From: Octopus vulgaris
Lineage: Eukaryota
DNA: 64,000 nucleotides
Reading direction: 5' to 3'
NCBI GenBank assembly: GCA_951406725.2
Contig: OX597827.1
Coordinates: forward strand, 22,320,001-22,384,000
Both the position numbers and the translations under genes were made by a program. Below the pieces are notes generated by a model, which worked only from the letters and a program-made list of their open reading frames with translations, was not told the origin of the DNA and ran no database searches. Shown here piece after piece: positions 1-11,983 of the stretch (position 1 is its first letter; each line of letters begins with the position of its first letter).

Positions 1-130
1 TATTGACCCCCCCAAGAAGACGAAATGCAAATTCGTCCTCGGCGGAATTTGAACACAGAAGGTATAGACTTACGAAACGCCGTTAAGTATTTCCCCCGGC
101 GTGCTAACCATTCTGCCAACTCACCGCCTT
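1..130 (-). mobile_element. tRNA-derived SINE family B (ggcggcgagctggcagaa head), 5' part, cut by the window edge
   Basis: Reverse complement matches the head and body of the copies at 16275-16692, 27081-27670 and 39709-39938 (B-box-like gttcaaattcc). Confidence 0.8.
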
Positions 131-169
131 ATGTGTGTGTGTATGTGTGTGTGCGTATATATAAGATTA

Positions 170-298
170 ATCAGCCGAAATTGCGAAGATGATCTGGTTC
201 TTGACTGATGACTGAGAGCTTCGAAAGTCCCGTCCGTGTTTTTTGTCGTCTTCTAAATGTTTCACGTTCTTGTCCCAGTTTGTGTATTTTTTTACTTT

Positions 299-300
<2 letters not shown>
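170..300 (+). mobile_element. Short (TA)n-anchored repeat with hammerhead-like boxes (GAAA...CTGATGA) and a T-rich tail
   Basis: tcagccgaaattgcga(a/g)gatgatctggttcttg and the tail cgttcttgtccca recur at 11008-11134; both copies end in (TA)n. Confidence 0.6.
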
Positions 301-368
<68 letters not shown>

Positions 369-421
369 TATGTATGTATGTATAATTTTTTTATATATAC
401 ATATATATATATATATGTATG

Positions 422-475
<54 letters not shown>

Positions 476-609
476 GTGTGTGTGTGTGTGTATATAGTCG
501 TATAATACGGCCTATAGTACACACACACACACGTATATATGTATACACACATACAGATGAATATGAGTGTGTGCATGCTGAGTGTATGTATGTATGTATA
601 AATATACAC

Positions 610-640
<31 letters not shown>

Positions 641-1035
641 TAAAAGAGTATAAAGGGGCTAAGTTATCCGGGTGGGTACCGAATTATCTCATAGACTGAA
701 ATAGGTGCAGGCTATCCATATCATTCGGATTACATGGTACACAAGTATAAATCTCCACCCGCCTCTTCGTTTTCAATCATAAATATACATTTACATACAT
801 GTGTGTGTGTGTATACATGTATATGATTCGGTAAGGAGCCTGTGAAGCTTTAAGTCTCATGGAGTCGATTCAAACTGCTTTGAATTATAAATACATGTAG
901 CTCTTACGAAATGTATTGAGTACCTTTTTCTTTCGTTTGTCCACTCACACGTATACAAACGCGCGCGCACACACATGTATGTATTCATACATATACACAT
1001 ATGCGTATATAACTATGCATATATTTGTGTATATA

Positions 1036-1350
1036 GTGGGTGGCTAAGTGGTTAGGGCATTCGGCTCACGATCGCAAGGTCGTGAGTTCAATTCCCGGCG
1101 GCGCGTTGCGTCCTTAAACAATACACTTTATTTCACATTGCTCCACCTGGGGGCAAGAATGAATTATACCTGTAATTCAAAAGGGTCCAGCCTTGTCACA
1201 TTCTGTATCGTGCTGATTCTCCCTGAGAATTACGTTAGAGTTACGCGTGTCTGTGGGGTACTCAGCCACTTGCACATTAATTTCATGAGCTGGCTGTTCC
1301 GTTGGTCGGATCAACTGGTACACTCATCGTCGTAAACGACGGAGAGCCAG
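1036..1350 (+). mobile_element. tRNA-derived CORE-like SINE family C
   Basis: A-box-like gtggctaagtggttag and B-box gagttcaattcc; colinear with the copy at 18290-18610. Confidence 0.8.
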
Positions 1351-1619
1351 TGAATAAGGTGGTGTAGTTTGTAGGGTGTTGTACTCATGATCATAAGGTC
1401 GTGGTTTCGATTCCCAGTCCACTCTGATTGGGGGTAATGTTGACCTACCCACCCAACCAGTGGGGTAGCATCATTCGAAAGCTAAAAAAAATGTGAAGAG
1501 GTGCATTGTGATCGACGATATATAACGACATCGGACAGTCTGGTCGATACCGTGATATATGTGTGTATATATGTGTATTTATGCGTGTATGTGCGTTTGT
1601 GTGACCAGATATGTGAGTG

Positions 1620-2652
1620 TATACATACATGCATACATGCATACATACATACATACATACATACATACATGCATACATGCATACATACATACATACATGC
1701 ATACATACATACATACATACATGCATGTATGCATACATACATACATACACGCATACATATATACATACATGCATACATACATACATAAATGCATGCATGC
1801 ATACATACATACATACATACATACATACATAAATGCATGCATGCATACATACATACATACATACATACACGCATACATACGTTCGTACATATGTGCGTGC
1901 ATACATATATACATACATACATACATACATACATGCATACATACATGCATACATACATACATGCATATATGCATACATACATACACGCATACATACATAC
2001 ATACATACATACATACATACATCCATGCATACATACATACATACATACATACACGCATACATACGTTCGTACATATGTGCGTGCATACATATATACATAC
2101 ATACATACATACATACATGCATACATACATGCATACATACATACATGCATATATGCATACATACATACATACATACATACACGCATACATACATACATAC
2201 ATACATACATGCATACATACATACATACATACATACATACACGCATACATACGTTCGTACATATGTGCGTGCATACATATATACATACATACATACATAC
2301 ATACATGCATACATACATGCATACATACATACATGCATATATGCATACATACATACATACATACATACACGCATACATACATACATACATACATACATCC
2401 ATGCATACATACATACATACATACATACACGCATACATACGTTCGTACATATGTGCGTGCATACATATATACATACATACATACATACATACATACATAC
2501 ATACATACATACATACATACATACATACATACATACATACATACATACATACATACATACATACATACATACATACATGCATACATGCATACATACATAC
2601 ATACATACATACATACATACATACATACATACATACATACATACATACATAC
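1620..2652. repeat. (CATA)n microsatellite with a 184-188 bp higher-order repeat
   Basis: The marker gttcgtacatatgtgcgtgc occurs at 1881, 2065, 2253 and 2441. Confidence 0.95.
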
Positions 2653-3151
2653 GTATGTCATTATTCAGTTTTATTTCAAGAATTCTTGGCAATAAAGAAT
2701 CGGTTTCTAACCTAAATCCAAGGCTTCTTCAATGGAATTCAAACACCAACAATGGGGTATTTTTGTGTGTATGTATGATGTATATGTGCAGGAAAAAAAT
2801 CCTTCCCAAAAGATCAGTAACATCCTGATAAAAGATTTTATAACTTTTTTAAAAAATCATCGTTTAAAAACAATCTCCTTTATTCTTAAAAAACTGTTTT
2901 AATTAATTTCCACAAAGACTTTCGAATATATATATATATATATAAATTTTCTTTAAGTATTAGAAATAGTTTTAAAAAAGTTTTTTTAGCTACTATTTCT
3001 AATGAGTTCAGTATGTGGCAAAGTAATTTATTTTACTAAGCCCTTTTATATAATGTAATAATTTGAATTCGCCTTAAATGGTCCCTTTACATACTGAACA
3101 CTTGGTGAAATTGATTAATAATTAATTAATTAATTTTACCCTCAATTGTTG

Positions 3152-3194
<43 letters not shown>

Positions 3195-3228
3195 CGTATG
3201 TATATATTATACATATATCTACGTATAT

Positions 3229-3612
3229 TCTCTTTTACTCTTTTACTTGTTTCAGTAATTTGACTGCGGCCATGCTGGAGCCCCACCTTTAGTCGAGCAA
3301 ATCGACCCCAGGACTTATTCTTTGTAAGCCAAGTACTTATTCTATCGGTTTCTTTTGCCGAACCGCTAAGTTACGGAGACGCAAACACACCAGCATCAGT
3401 TGTCAAGCGATGTTGGGGGGACAAACACAGACACACACACACACACATGACGGGATTCTTTCAGTTTCCGTCTACCAAATCCACTCACAAGACTTTAGTC
3501 GGCCCGAGGCTATAGTAGAAGACACTTTGCTCAAGGTGCCACACAGCGGGACTGAACCCGAAACCATGTGATTGGTAAGCAAGCTACTTACCACACAGCC
3601 ACTCCTACGCCT
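3229..3612 (-). mobile_element. SINE family A (tRNA head, CORE-like segment, internal microsatellite, gtaaaaga-repeat tail), full length
   Basis: Head ggcg(c/t)aggagtggctgtgtggtaag, CORE-like accttg(a/g)gcaa segment and tail gactgaaacaagtaaaagag; about 14 copies in this window; resembles octopus OR-type CORE-SINEs (from memory). Confidence 0.9.
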
Positions 3613-4099
3613 ATATGTATATATTCACTCGACTCACACGCATACACACACACAAACATACAAACACGAACACACACATATCTAGACACTCACTCACACA
3701 CACACACACAGATATACATACATTAATACACTGAGATGCACCTTCTCAGAAATGCATATTTATATTAATGGGTGAACATATTTGCTTATTAATTTGTGTG
3801 TTTATATATATTTATGAGGGAGAAGAGAGTTTGAGAGGGGAGAGGACAGGGGGGTGGGAAGAGGTGTAGTTGAGGAGAAGAAAGAGATGCTGTGATGACG
3901 CTATTAATTACTAAATTACACAAAGTGTTTGTTAATTAGTCAGCTGTCGGTACATTTGATCTAGTTAACTACGGCGTCTTTTCCATAGAAGTATAGGGTT
4001 TCACATTCTATGGTGTTACTGGTGGTGGCGGTGGTGGTGGTGGTGTTGTTGGCTGTATTTGTGTGTGTGTATATATATATATATAGGCGTTTAAGAATG

Positions 4100-4526
4100 T
4101 GTGTATGTATGTATGTATGTATGTATGTATGTATGTGTATATGCGTGTTCATACGTATCTACTTGCGTATATATGTGTGTGTTTATACATAAGTATATAT
4201 GTGAAATGGGAGTATACACACACACGTATATAAATGTATATATAAAAATATGTGTGTGTATGCATGTGTGTGTATATATGTATGTATGCGTGTATGCGTG
4301 TATGCGTGTATGTATGTATGTATGTATGTATGTATGTGTGTGTGTATGTATGTATGTACGTATGTACGTATGTATGCATGGATGTATGTATGCATGCATG
4401 TATGTGTGTGTGTGTGTGTATGTATGCATGTATGTATGCATGTATGTATGTATGTATGTATGTATGCATGCATGTATGTATGCATGTATGTATGTATGCA
4501 TGTATGCATGTATGCATGCATATATG

Positions 4527-4560
<34 letters not shown>
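4100..4560. repeat. Compound (TATG)n/(TG)n microsatellite
   Basis: Seen directly in the sequence. Confidence 0.95.
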
Positions 4561-5894
4561 TGTACCATTTCCTTTGGTGAGTTCAAATCAGCATAACACC
4601 TCAGAAAAATATTTATTCATTCAAAACAGAATCCCCATTGTTGTTAGCAAATAACGTTTTTCCCCCTTAAAACTAGTTTTCTGATTCCCCAGGCATAAAT
4701 CATGTTGTTTAAACGAGAAAAATGTTTAGAGTGCCGTTTCGACATCGTCCCAAACAACCAGATATAATACGTATGGTTGCCCACTTATGATCTGCGTTTG
4801 CGTCTGCAGTTTGTTGTCTGACAACAACAGAAAATAAAACAATGGCAAAATATAAAGACACAGTATACACCAAATAAGTAAATGACAGCATTGCATTGAA
4901 GGACGTAGAGAAAGCAAAAGAGGGATAAGAAAACTCAAAAGAAAAAAAATTTACACTCAGAATAAAACAAATGAGACCCAGTTTTTGGATGTAAAAGATA
5001 CAGATTGAAACCAAAAGCGGATACTTCGCGTCGGTAAAGAGCGAAGTTTGAGACAACCAATGCGTGTGTCTAGACGGAGAGAGTAAACGCTCACAGAATA
5101 TTACTGAGATGACAGTCGTATAATTACTCTTTAGAAGAGTATTGGAATCTCGTCCACAGATTTAGCACCAGGGAAAGAAACGCACTGAATAAAATTAATT
5201 ACGGATATTCCAACAAGGCAAATAAACTGAGCTAAAAGAGAATACGGACGCAAATAGATAACAGCAAATACGTTAAAGAGGACACCCAATAAAAGTACAA
5301 ATTCAAATATAAAATTCTTAATATTAACCAAATGCATAACAACCATCGAACATAGGAATCCATAATGAAAAACTCATGAAACGGTGCGCAAAAGGAATCG
5401 AACCCGATCATATTTTGAGAAGTTTGTTTTTTGTCGATAAATGAAAGAATTTGCACTTTTATCAAAACATACTACCAGTTTCTTTCGCTTTAAAAGTCAA
5501 TTTAATCAGACTGAAAGAAAAAAAAAAGGGAAATTAAGCTGAAAAAATAAATGGAAATTAATCCTTCATGATATCAGTTCTGGAAGTGCTCATGTTTTTC
5601 TTACGAAAATCACATGGTACAGGAATTTCTTTTTCTTCTGATTGCTGACAGCAGCAGCAGCAGTAGCAGTAGCAGTAGTAGTAGTAGTAGTAGTAGTAGG
5701 AACAGTTCAAGTAGTTGCTATTGTAGTCATAGTAGCGGTTTTGTCAGTCTAACGAGTAACAGCGGTGGTGGTTTCAGCAAAGGTTGCAGTTGTGGTGGTA
5801 GTACTTGTCATCACAGTTATTATATCGGTATTTGGTTATGAAAGTTGTTTCTTTGTTGATGCGTTGTTGCTGTTGTTGTTGTTGTTGAGTTGTG

Positions 5895-7990
5895 CATCAC
5901 TAAACGAATAAAGGGGAAATCATAAAAAATGTTCTTCTTTCCTGTCAATGTGTCTAAGTGTTCACTGAGTCCTGTATGTATTCTTTTATTTAATTTATGA
6001 TTTATGCAAACTTATGCGTTGTCTTAATGATCCTGCTACTTGTCCTATGTAATTCTCTTTATGTCCTGCGCATGTCATTGTATAGATTAGGTTTTCAGAT
6101 GCAAGGTTAAGTTTTTTTTTAAATTCTGAAAAGATATCTTTGTTTGAAAAGGATCTCCGATTTTTCTGTCAGATTTAGTCATATTTCACAGTTGGGTGTT
6201 CCGCATTTTCTTTTGTACTGTTTGTTCTGTTGCTATTGTTTGAAGTTTGGCCTTTGTTAGTATACACTCCGTTGATTAGTTGTCTTTTGCTCTTTAAGAT
6301 GGTAGGTGTCTAGAGGATTTTGTTCAGCGTGGGGTCCTTTTTTTAGTGTCGGTATGTTTTGGGATATGATGTTGCAAGCTTCATTGTTTTGAGAGATTGT
6401 TGACGGAAATATATGGTAGGGCTATCAATTCCGATGTATCCTTTGTTTTGTTTGTCTTGGATACTGAATTTCTTGGCTCATTCTATACCATTATCGATTA
6501 AGGATGGCGGGTAATTCTTGTCATGGAACGTATCCTTCAATTTTTATACCACGAAAGTTTGTATTTCTCTATGCTTTCATTCTATAGAAGGAAGTAGTCG
6601 TCGGTGTAACTTTTCCAGTTCTTTTGTTTACATTAAAGAAAAAGTTCTCATATTTTCGTAGTGATTTTTTTTTCTGTACATTGTAATCTTCAGATGACCC
6701 ATAACTAGATTTGCAAAGGTGGGGGACTGTTTCCGTCCCCATCACAGTCCCAGATATTTGTCGAAAAATGTAGGCATGGAACATAAAGTAGATATTCTCT
6801 AAAATAAATTTTAGCTCTTCCACTATAACTTCATTTTTATGGGATGAGGAAGCTTACACGTCTAATTATTCAACCGAAGTTTATGGTCTCAATTCCAAAG
6901 TCGTTAGGGATGTCTGAATAAAGCTTCATTGACTGTTTCGGGGAGATGGTCTAGCATATTTAAGTCATCTCTTAGGAAATTTCTATGCTTGAGGAATAGT
7001 TTGAGCAGGATATCTAAAAGTTATTCAGTCGGTAGGTTTCCCATGCTGGACCAATTATCATCGGTTTTAATTTGGTGAGGAGACATTGATGTATATGTCA
7101 GCGGCTTCTTTGCCTACTTAACTTACTTTTTTTTCACTTTTGTGAACTGTTTGTACGCCACACAAAAGGCTAGATTTACATCTGATGTTGGTTATCTTCC
7201 TTGTTGGTCCTTTTCGGTATACGTTTATGAATATTTTAAAGTTTCTAATTTTTTTGTTGACTGCTGTTTGGGACCATTTCATAGCAGGCATCGTTCTTCT
7301 GAGATGGATAACACCGATTTTATAATAGTCTCCTTTCATCAAGGGCAATGCATTTCCCTTATCAGCCTCTTTAATTGTTATTTTTTTTTTTACAATTTAT
7401 TAAATTCATGTCGCCCCATTCACTTCTGCTGAAGTTTGATGTGGGGGTTTTGTTTGTGTGTTTATTGATACGGATAAATACATTCAGAGAAATCGTTAAG
7501 GGTTTTTGTTCCTGCCTTTTGGTGAAGTGTAGTTGCAGATATTTCTTATCTTCGATTCGTCGTATTTGTCGTTCAGTTCGTCGCTGAGACTTAATTTTCT
7601 GCAGAATTCATAAATATCGTCTTTCATTTCCTTGTAGCTCTGTCTTTGACGGATTGGTGTGAGTTTGAGTCCTTCAAAGAATATTCTAATTTGTTGCCTC
7701 ATGGATTTCTTTCTTCGATAAATTGGTTATTATTTTTGGCTCCTCTTGTTTGTACAGTCGAGTATCCCAGTTGCTCTGCCCATGGTTTAAAACCTGGTTA
7801 TAGTAATGAGGTTAGTTGATGGCCTTAATATATCTCCTATATTTGTGGTTTACAGGGGTTGGTTTGCTGTACAGGACTGCTGGTCGATTTACTGAATTTT
7901 AAGTTTCGTTGGCGTGTTTCGGAGATATTTTGTTGATTGTTTCCCGTTGTGGGTACAAGGAGGACTCGCGTGATCGGCATTATAATTTAA
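5895..7990 (-). mobile_element. Decayed Penelope-like retroelement (RT + GIY-YIG endonuclease)
   Basis: Minus-strand fragments GLKLTP..KDDIYEFCRKL (7496-7702), VHKS (7118-7348) and LKFILENIYFMFHAYIFRQISGTVMG (6569-6823; PLE RT 'Q..GTAMG' region), plus NLIYTMTCAGHKENYIGQVAGSLRQRISLH (~6003-6093; GIY-YIG). Many stops and frameshifts. Confidence 0.85.
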
Positions 7991-8289
7991 ATAATTTAAA
8001 ACACTCCTCCATATTATTGTAGAGACGAAATTGGCGTTTTAAGTGAAAGAAACCAAAAGCATATTTCGATAAAATTATATATTCTTCCCTTCTTTTATAC
8101 CTAGTTCTAAAAGCATTTTCTTACTTTTGATTTAAAAAGAAATATGTGTATGTATGTATGTATGTATGTATGTATGTATGTATGTATGTATGTATGTATG
8201 TATGTATGTATGTATGTATGTATGGATGTATGTATGTATGTATGTATGTACGTATGTATGTATGTATTGTATATATATCATATAGATAT

Positions 8290-8620
8290 AATATATATGG
8301 AAGGACTTCTATCAAACTTTGGCATCCAAAGTTGCACAAACAGTAGAATGGGGCGCCACTGCATAGTGTCAAAGATCCCAATATCGCCATCAAGGTAAAG
8401 GAGCAGATTCTGCAACAGCTTAGGTCTTAAGAGCCGAGAGCTCTTCAATATCCACCCTCAGATCCTAAGAGGCCTACATGCGGTGGATGTAGGTGTCTTC
8501 AAAACAAAACTGGATCTACACCTGTCAAGAGTTTCGACAAACCTACCTCGTGGTAGGAAGCACAATTGAGGACAACAATTATCAATCTGCCTTATTCACC
8601 AAATGCCACATCTGAGAAGA
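8290..8620 (+). mobile_element. CR1/L2-like LINE 3' fragment
   Basis: Reads ..NSLGLKSRELFNI.., similar to the C-terminal 'NS..GP.LFN.LP' motif of the LINE at 54975-56720. Confidence 0.5.
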
Positions 8621-9033
8621 GGTTTAAAGTAGGGAAAATGTAGCAAAGATAATAGCCGTGCCGCTAATAAAATATAAAAGAAGATATATATATATATATA
8701 CATATTTATAAAAAAGAAGTTTGAAAACGCCACTATATAAGATAAATTTTAATTTTCTTCGAAATTTTACATGTTTCGGTTCTTCTTGAAAAAACGAACA
8801 TTATCAAAAATATTAAAAAAATTTAAGTGTAATAAAAAAGTTTATAATTGTTTCTTACTGGTCTCAACAGAATCCACGTGGTGGTTTTTTGTGGGGAGTA
8901 AGCATAATAGCTGTCTTATGTGTTCGAATAAACTAAGGTAATGGTCAGTGGCTGAAATGGCAGTAGCAGCAGTGACTGTTGGTCGTAGTAGTAGTAACCG
9001 TGGTGGTGGTGGTTGTTGTTGGGGTTGCAGCAG

Positions 9034-9097
<64 letters not shown>

Positions 9098-9710
9098 CAC
9101 ATACACACGTATATTGTTATAATTTAGCAATTAAAAGTCTCGTAGCTTCGCAGCTATCTAGAGGAGAGTAAAAGAGATATGAGACAAATTGAAGATGGCT
9201 CCTAAATGTTTGATTTGTATTGGTCAACTCAGGTCACATGATGTCATTGGTGTGGCGGCCCCACGTGCATGAACTTATCTAATACAATCTTATTGTTGCC
9301 CCAAGAGGTACGCTCTGATAATGAACTTGAAACCACAGGCAGCCGACAATCCAGATATATCACCATTTTAGAGTATTTAGTTCCTCCTGCCCGTATAGAT
9401 TACAACCCCAACCATGTTGGATGGGGCTGTCAGCTAACATAAACAGCGTACACTTGCGTAAACGATTGTTGTCGCTAATGTATTAACATTTCCCTGAACG
9501 ATGAGTGAACTACAAACCTAGGACAAGACCCTCACCTCACCATAACTGGTATCAAATCACCGTAGTTTTCCGGACTACAGTTATCTACCAACATGCAAGT
9601 ATAAGAGAACTGTTGTCGCTTCCACATCAACAACATTTTCGCGACCTGTGGCTGACCAACATCTACAAGCTATCTTGAATTGGTCTCTTATCAGCTTCAC
9701 TCCTCTCGAG

Positions 9711-9746
9711 ATGCCTGACAAGGGAACTTACGAAACTAAGTCGCAT
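9711..9746 (+). ncRNA. Degenerate minimal type I hammerhead motif
   Basis: atgc-CTGACAA-gggaacttac-GAAA-ctaag-TC-gcat: stem I atgc/gcat and stem III ACT-a-AGT; G8 is mutated. Confidence 0.5.
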
Positions 9747-9917
9747 GCAGTTTATGAAATTATATTTATAACTCTTATCAAATGTGGGGAGTGCCACTTT
9801 CTTTCGTTTATCTGCTCGCTGTGTGTGTGTGTGTGTGTGCGCGCGCGCGCGTGCGTACGTGTGTGTGTGTAATATATATGATGTATATATGTGATATCAT
9901 ATACATATCATATACAT

Positions 9918-9977
<60 letters not shown>

Positions 9978-9980
<3 letters not shown>

Positions 9981-10168
9981 AGAATTCACAAAATATAAAA
10001 AAACAAAAGACGAAGACAGATGGTGTAGAAAACAAACAGATGTATTAGTTTAACGCTCGGGAATTGAAAAAGGCTTTAACGTTTCGAGCCCACGCTCTTC
10101 CACAGAAAGGAACACAGAAAAAAAACAAGGAGAGAAAAAATGTGTGTAGTGGCTACCGATCTATCATG
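9978..10168 (-). mobile_element. (TA)n-anchored Penelope-like 3'-end element with an HHR variant
   Basis: Colinear with 60138-60323; partial copy at 53763-53823; flanked by TA-rich repeats. Confidence 0.75.
10074..10109 (-). ncRNA. Minimal hammerhead variant, core CUGUGGA
   Basis: cttt-CTGTGGA-a-gagc(gtgg)gctc-GAAA-cg-TT-aaag; stem III is the palindrome ACGT. Confidence 0.6.
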
Positions 10169-10799
10169 TATATATATACATATGTATATATATATTATAA
10201 ATATATATAGCATGTATATTATATATGCACGTATATGTGTGATAAACAGTATATAAATATAATCCATATATAATGTATACATGTATCATACACATATGTA
10301 CTTATATATATATAATACATGCCATATATAATATATATAGTATACATAAGCTATAAAGACTATATATGATATAAACTATGTAAGTATGTGCATATATAAA
10401 TATATATATATATATATATATGTTATCGCTTATATAAATGTTGTTTGATTAGTTGGTGGTTCTGCAGTCACACAGATAATAAAATGGAAACACAGAAGAC
10501 AGTCAACGCAAGAGGAGGTGTAGAACGAGTGGTTTAGAAATTCTGAAAAACTACACATTTTTTAATGAAATTTTGCAGTAATATGTTTTCGATGGAATAA
10601 AGTGCGATTATGTTGATAAATTTGCAAAAATAACGCATTGATTTCGAATATAGAAATGAGAAATTTGAATTATTTAATTATGCTTTAATATGATAAATAG
10701 TTTTCTTTTGGAAATTAGTATTCGTTTCACCATTTTGTATAATAATTCAGAAATTGTAGAAAAATATAATTCTTAAAAGTATAATTATTGCATGACTAT

Positions 10800-10959
10800 A
10801 GGCGCAGGAGTGGCTGTGAGGTAGGAAGTTTACTTCCAAACCACTTGGTTCCGGTTTCAATCCCCACTGAATGGCCACCTTGGGCAAGTGTCTTCTACTA
10901 TAGCCTAGGGTCGACTAAAGCCTTGTGAGTAGATTTGGTAGACGGAAACTGAAAGAAGC

Positions 10960-11010
<51 letters not shown>

Positions 11011-11144
11011 TCAGCCGAAATTGCGAGGATGATCTGGTTCTTGTATCGTCTATCTGGATGTTTTGTTGTCCCTTTTTGTATCACCTAGTTGTCCGGATGT
11101 TTTGCGTTCTTGTCCCATTTTGTATTTTAATTTATATATATATG

Positions 11145-11190
<46 letters not shown>

Positions 11191-11437
11191 GGGAGTGGAC
11201 ACGCGTGTGTATGTGTGTGTCTTTACATCTGTGTTTGTCGTCCCCCCCACCGCTTGACAACCGGTGTTGTTGTGTTTATATTCCAGAAACTTAGCAGTTC
11301 AGCACAAACAAAAACGAACGATGGAAAAAGGACCGGGGTTTAAAAAAATAATCCTGAGATCGATTCAACGACTAAAAATTCTTCGAGGTGGTGTGCCCCA
11401 GCATGGCCGTAGTCTAATGACTGAAATAGATAAAAGA
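10800..11437 (+). mobile_element. SINE family A with a second element (11008-11134) nested in its internal (TA)n
   Basis: Head at 10800-10962 and tail at ~11225-11437, separated by (TA)n-insert-(TA)n. Confidence 0.85.
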
Positions 11438-11484
11438 TCTCTTTCCAAAAATACCAGTCATATGACCGGCAACATGCTAGTACT

Positions 11485-11635
11485 GTCTTTTACTTGTTTC
11501 AGTTAGTGAATTGTGGCCAAGCTGGGGCATCGCCTTGAAAAGTTTAGTCGAAGAGGTTGACATCAGGATTTATTTTTAAAGTTTGGTACTTATTTTATCG
11601 GGTCACTTTCACCGAACCGCTAAGTTACGGAGATA
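11485..11635 (-). mobile_element. SINE family A 3' fragment
   Basis: tttacttgtttcagt ... gaaccgctaagttacgg. Confidence 0.75.
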
Positions 11636-11673
11636 TAAGAAACCAATTTTTTTTTACAAGACTGTATTATCAC

Positions 11674-11715
11674 AATTGTCTGATGAATGATTTCGTGAAA
11701 CTCTGAGTAACAGTT
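11674..11715 (+). ncRNA. Minimal type I hammerhead ribozyme with a canonical core
   Basis: aattgt-CTGATGA-atga(tt)tcgt-GAAA-ctc(t)gag-TA-acagtt: 6-bp stem I, short stem II, near-palindromic stem III, GUA cleavage triplet. Confidence 0.8.
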
Positions 11716-11895
11716 TGTGAAGTTTTTTTCGTCTAATATAAAATAGTATAAGCCCCAACATAATCCGTGGAGGTAATCCAGAGCTAAAGAAATCCAAGAA
11801 TTTGGTACTTCAAAGTATGGTATAATATATATAATGCATATAATGATAATAATAATAGTAATAATATCGGATGGTATAATATATATAAGGCATAT

Positions 11896-11896
<1 letters not shown>

Positions 11897-11966
<70 letters not shown>

Positions 11967-11983
11967 GAAGAAGAAGAAGAAGA
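11897..11983. repeat. (TAA)n(GAA)n tract at the 5' junction of the R4/Dong-like element
   Basis: Seen directly in the sequence. Confidence 0.9.

Noticed and set aside
1861-2470. CRISPR-like regularly spaced repeat
   Set aside because: The 'spacers' are near-identical CATA runs, there are no cas genes, and the context is eukaryotic.
1445-2828. Long ORFs of 300-415 aa (MYVC/HTYI repeats) and the many similar YIYI/CVCV ORFs across the window
   Set aside because: They are translations of stop-free microsatellites, open in multiple frames on both strands; not genes.
5614-5890. Poly-Ser ORF (also the poly-Asp/Pro/His ORFs at 23859-24339)
   Set aside because: Mixed trinucleotide simple repeats with no coding or splice support.
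10485-10760. Possible mariner C-terminal remnant (W.K..DYVDK-like)
   Set aside because: Too short, and no TIR was recognised.
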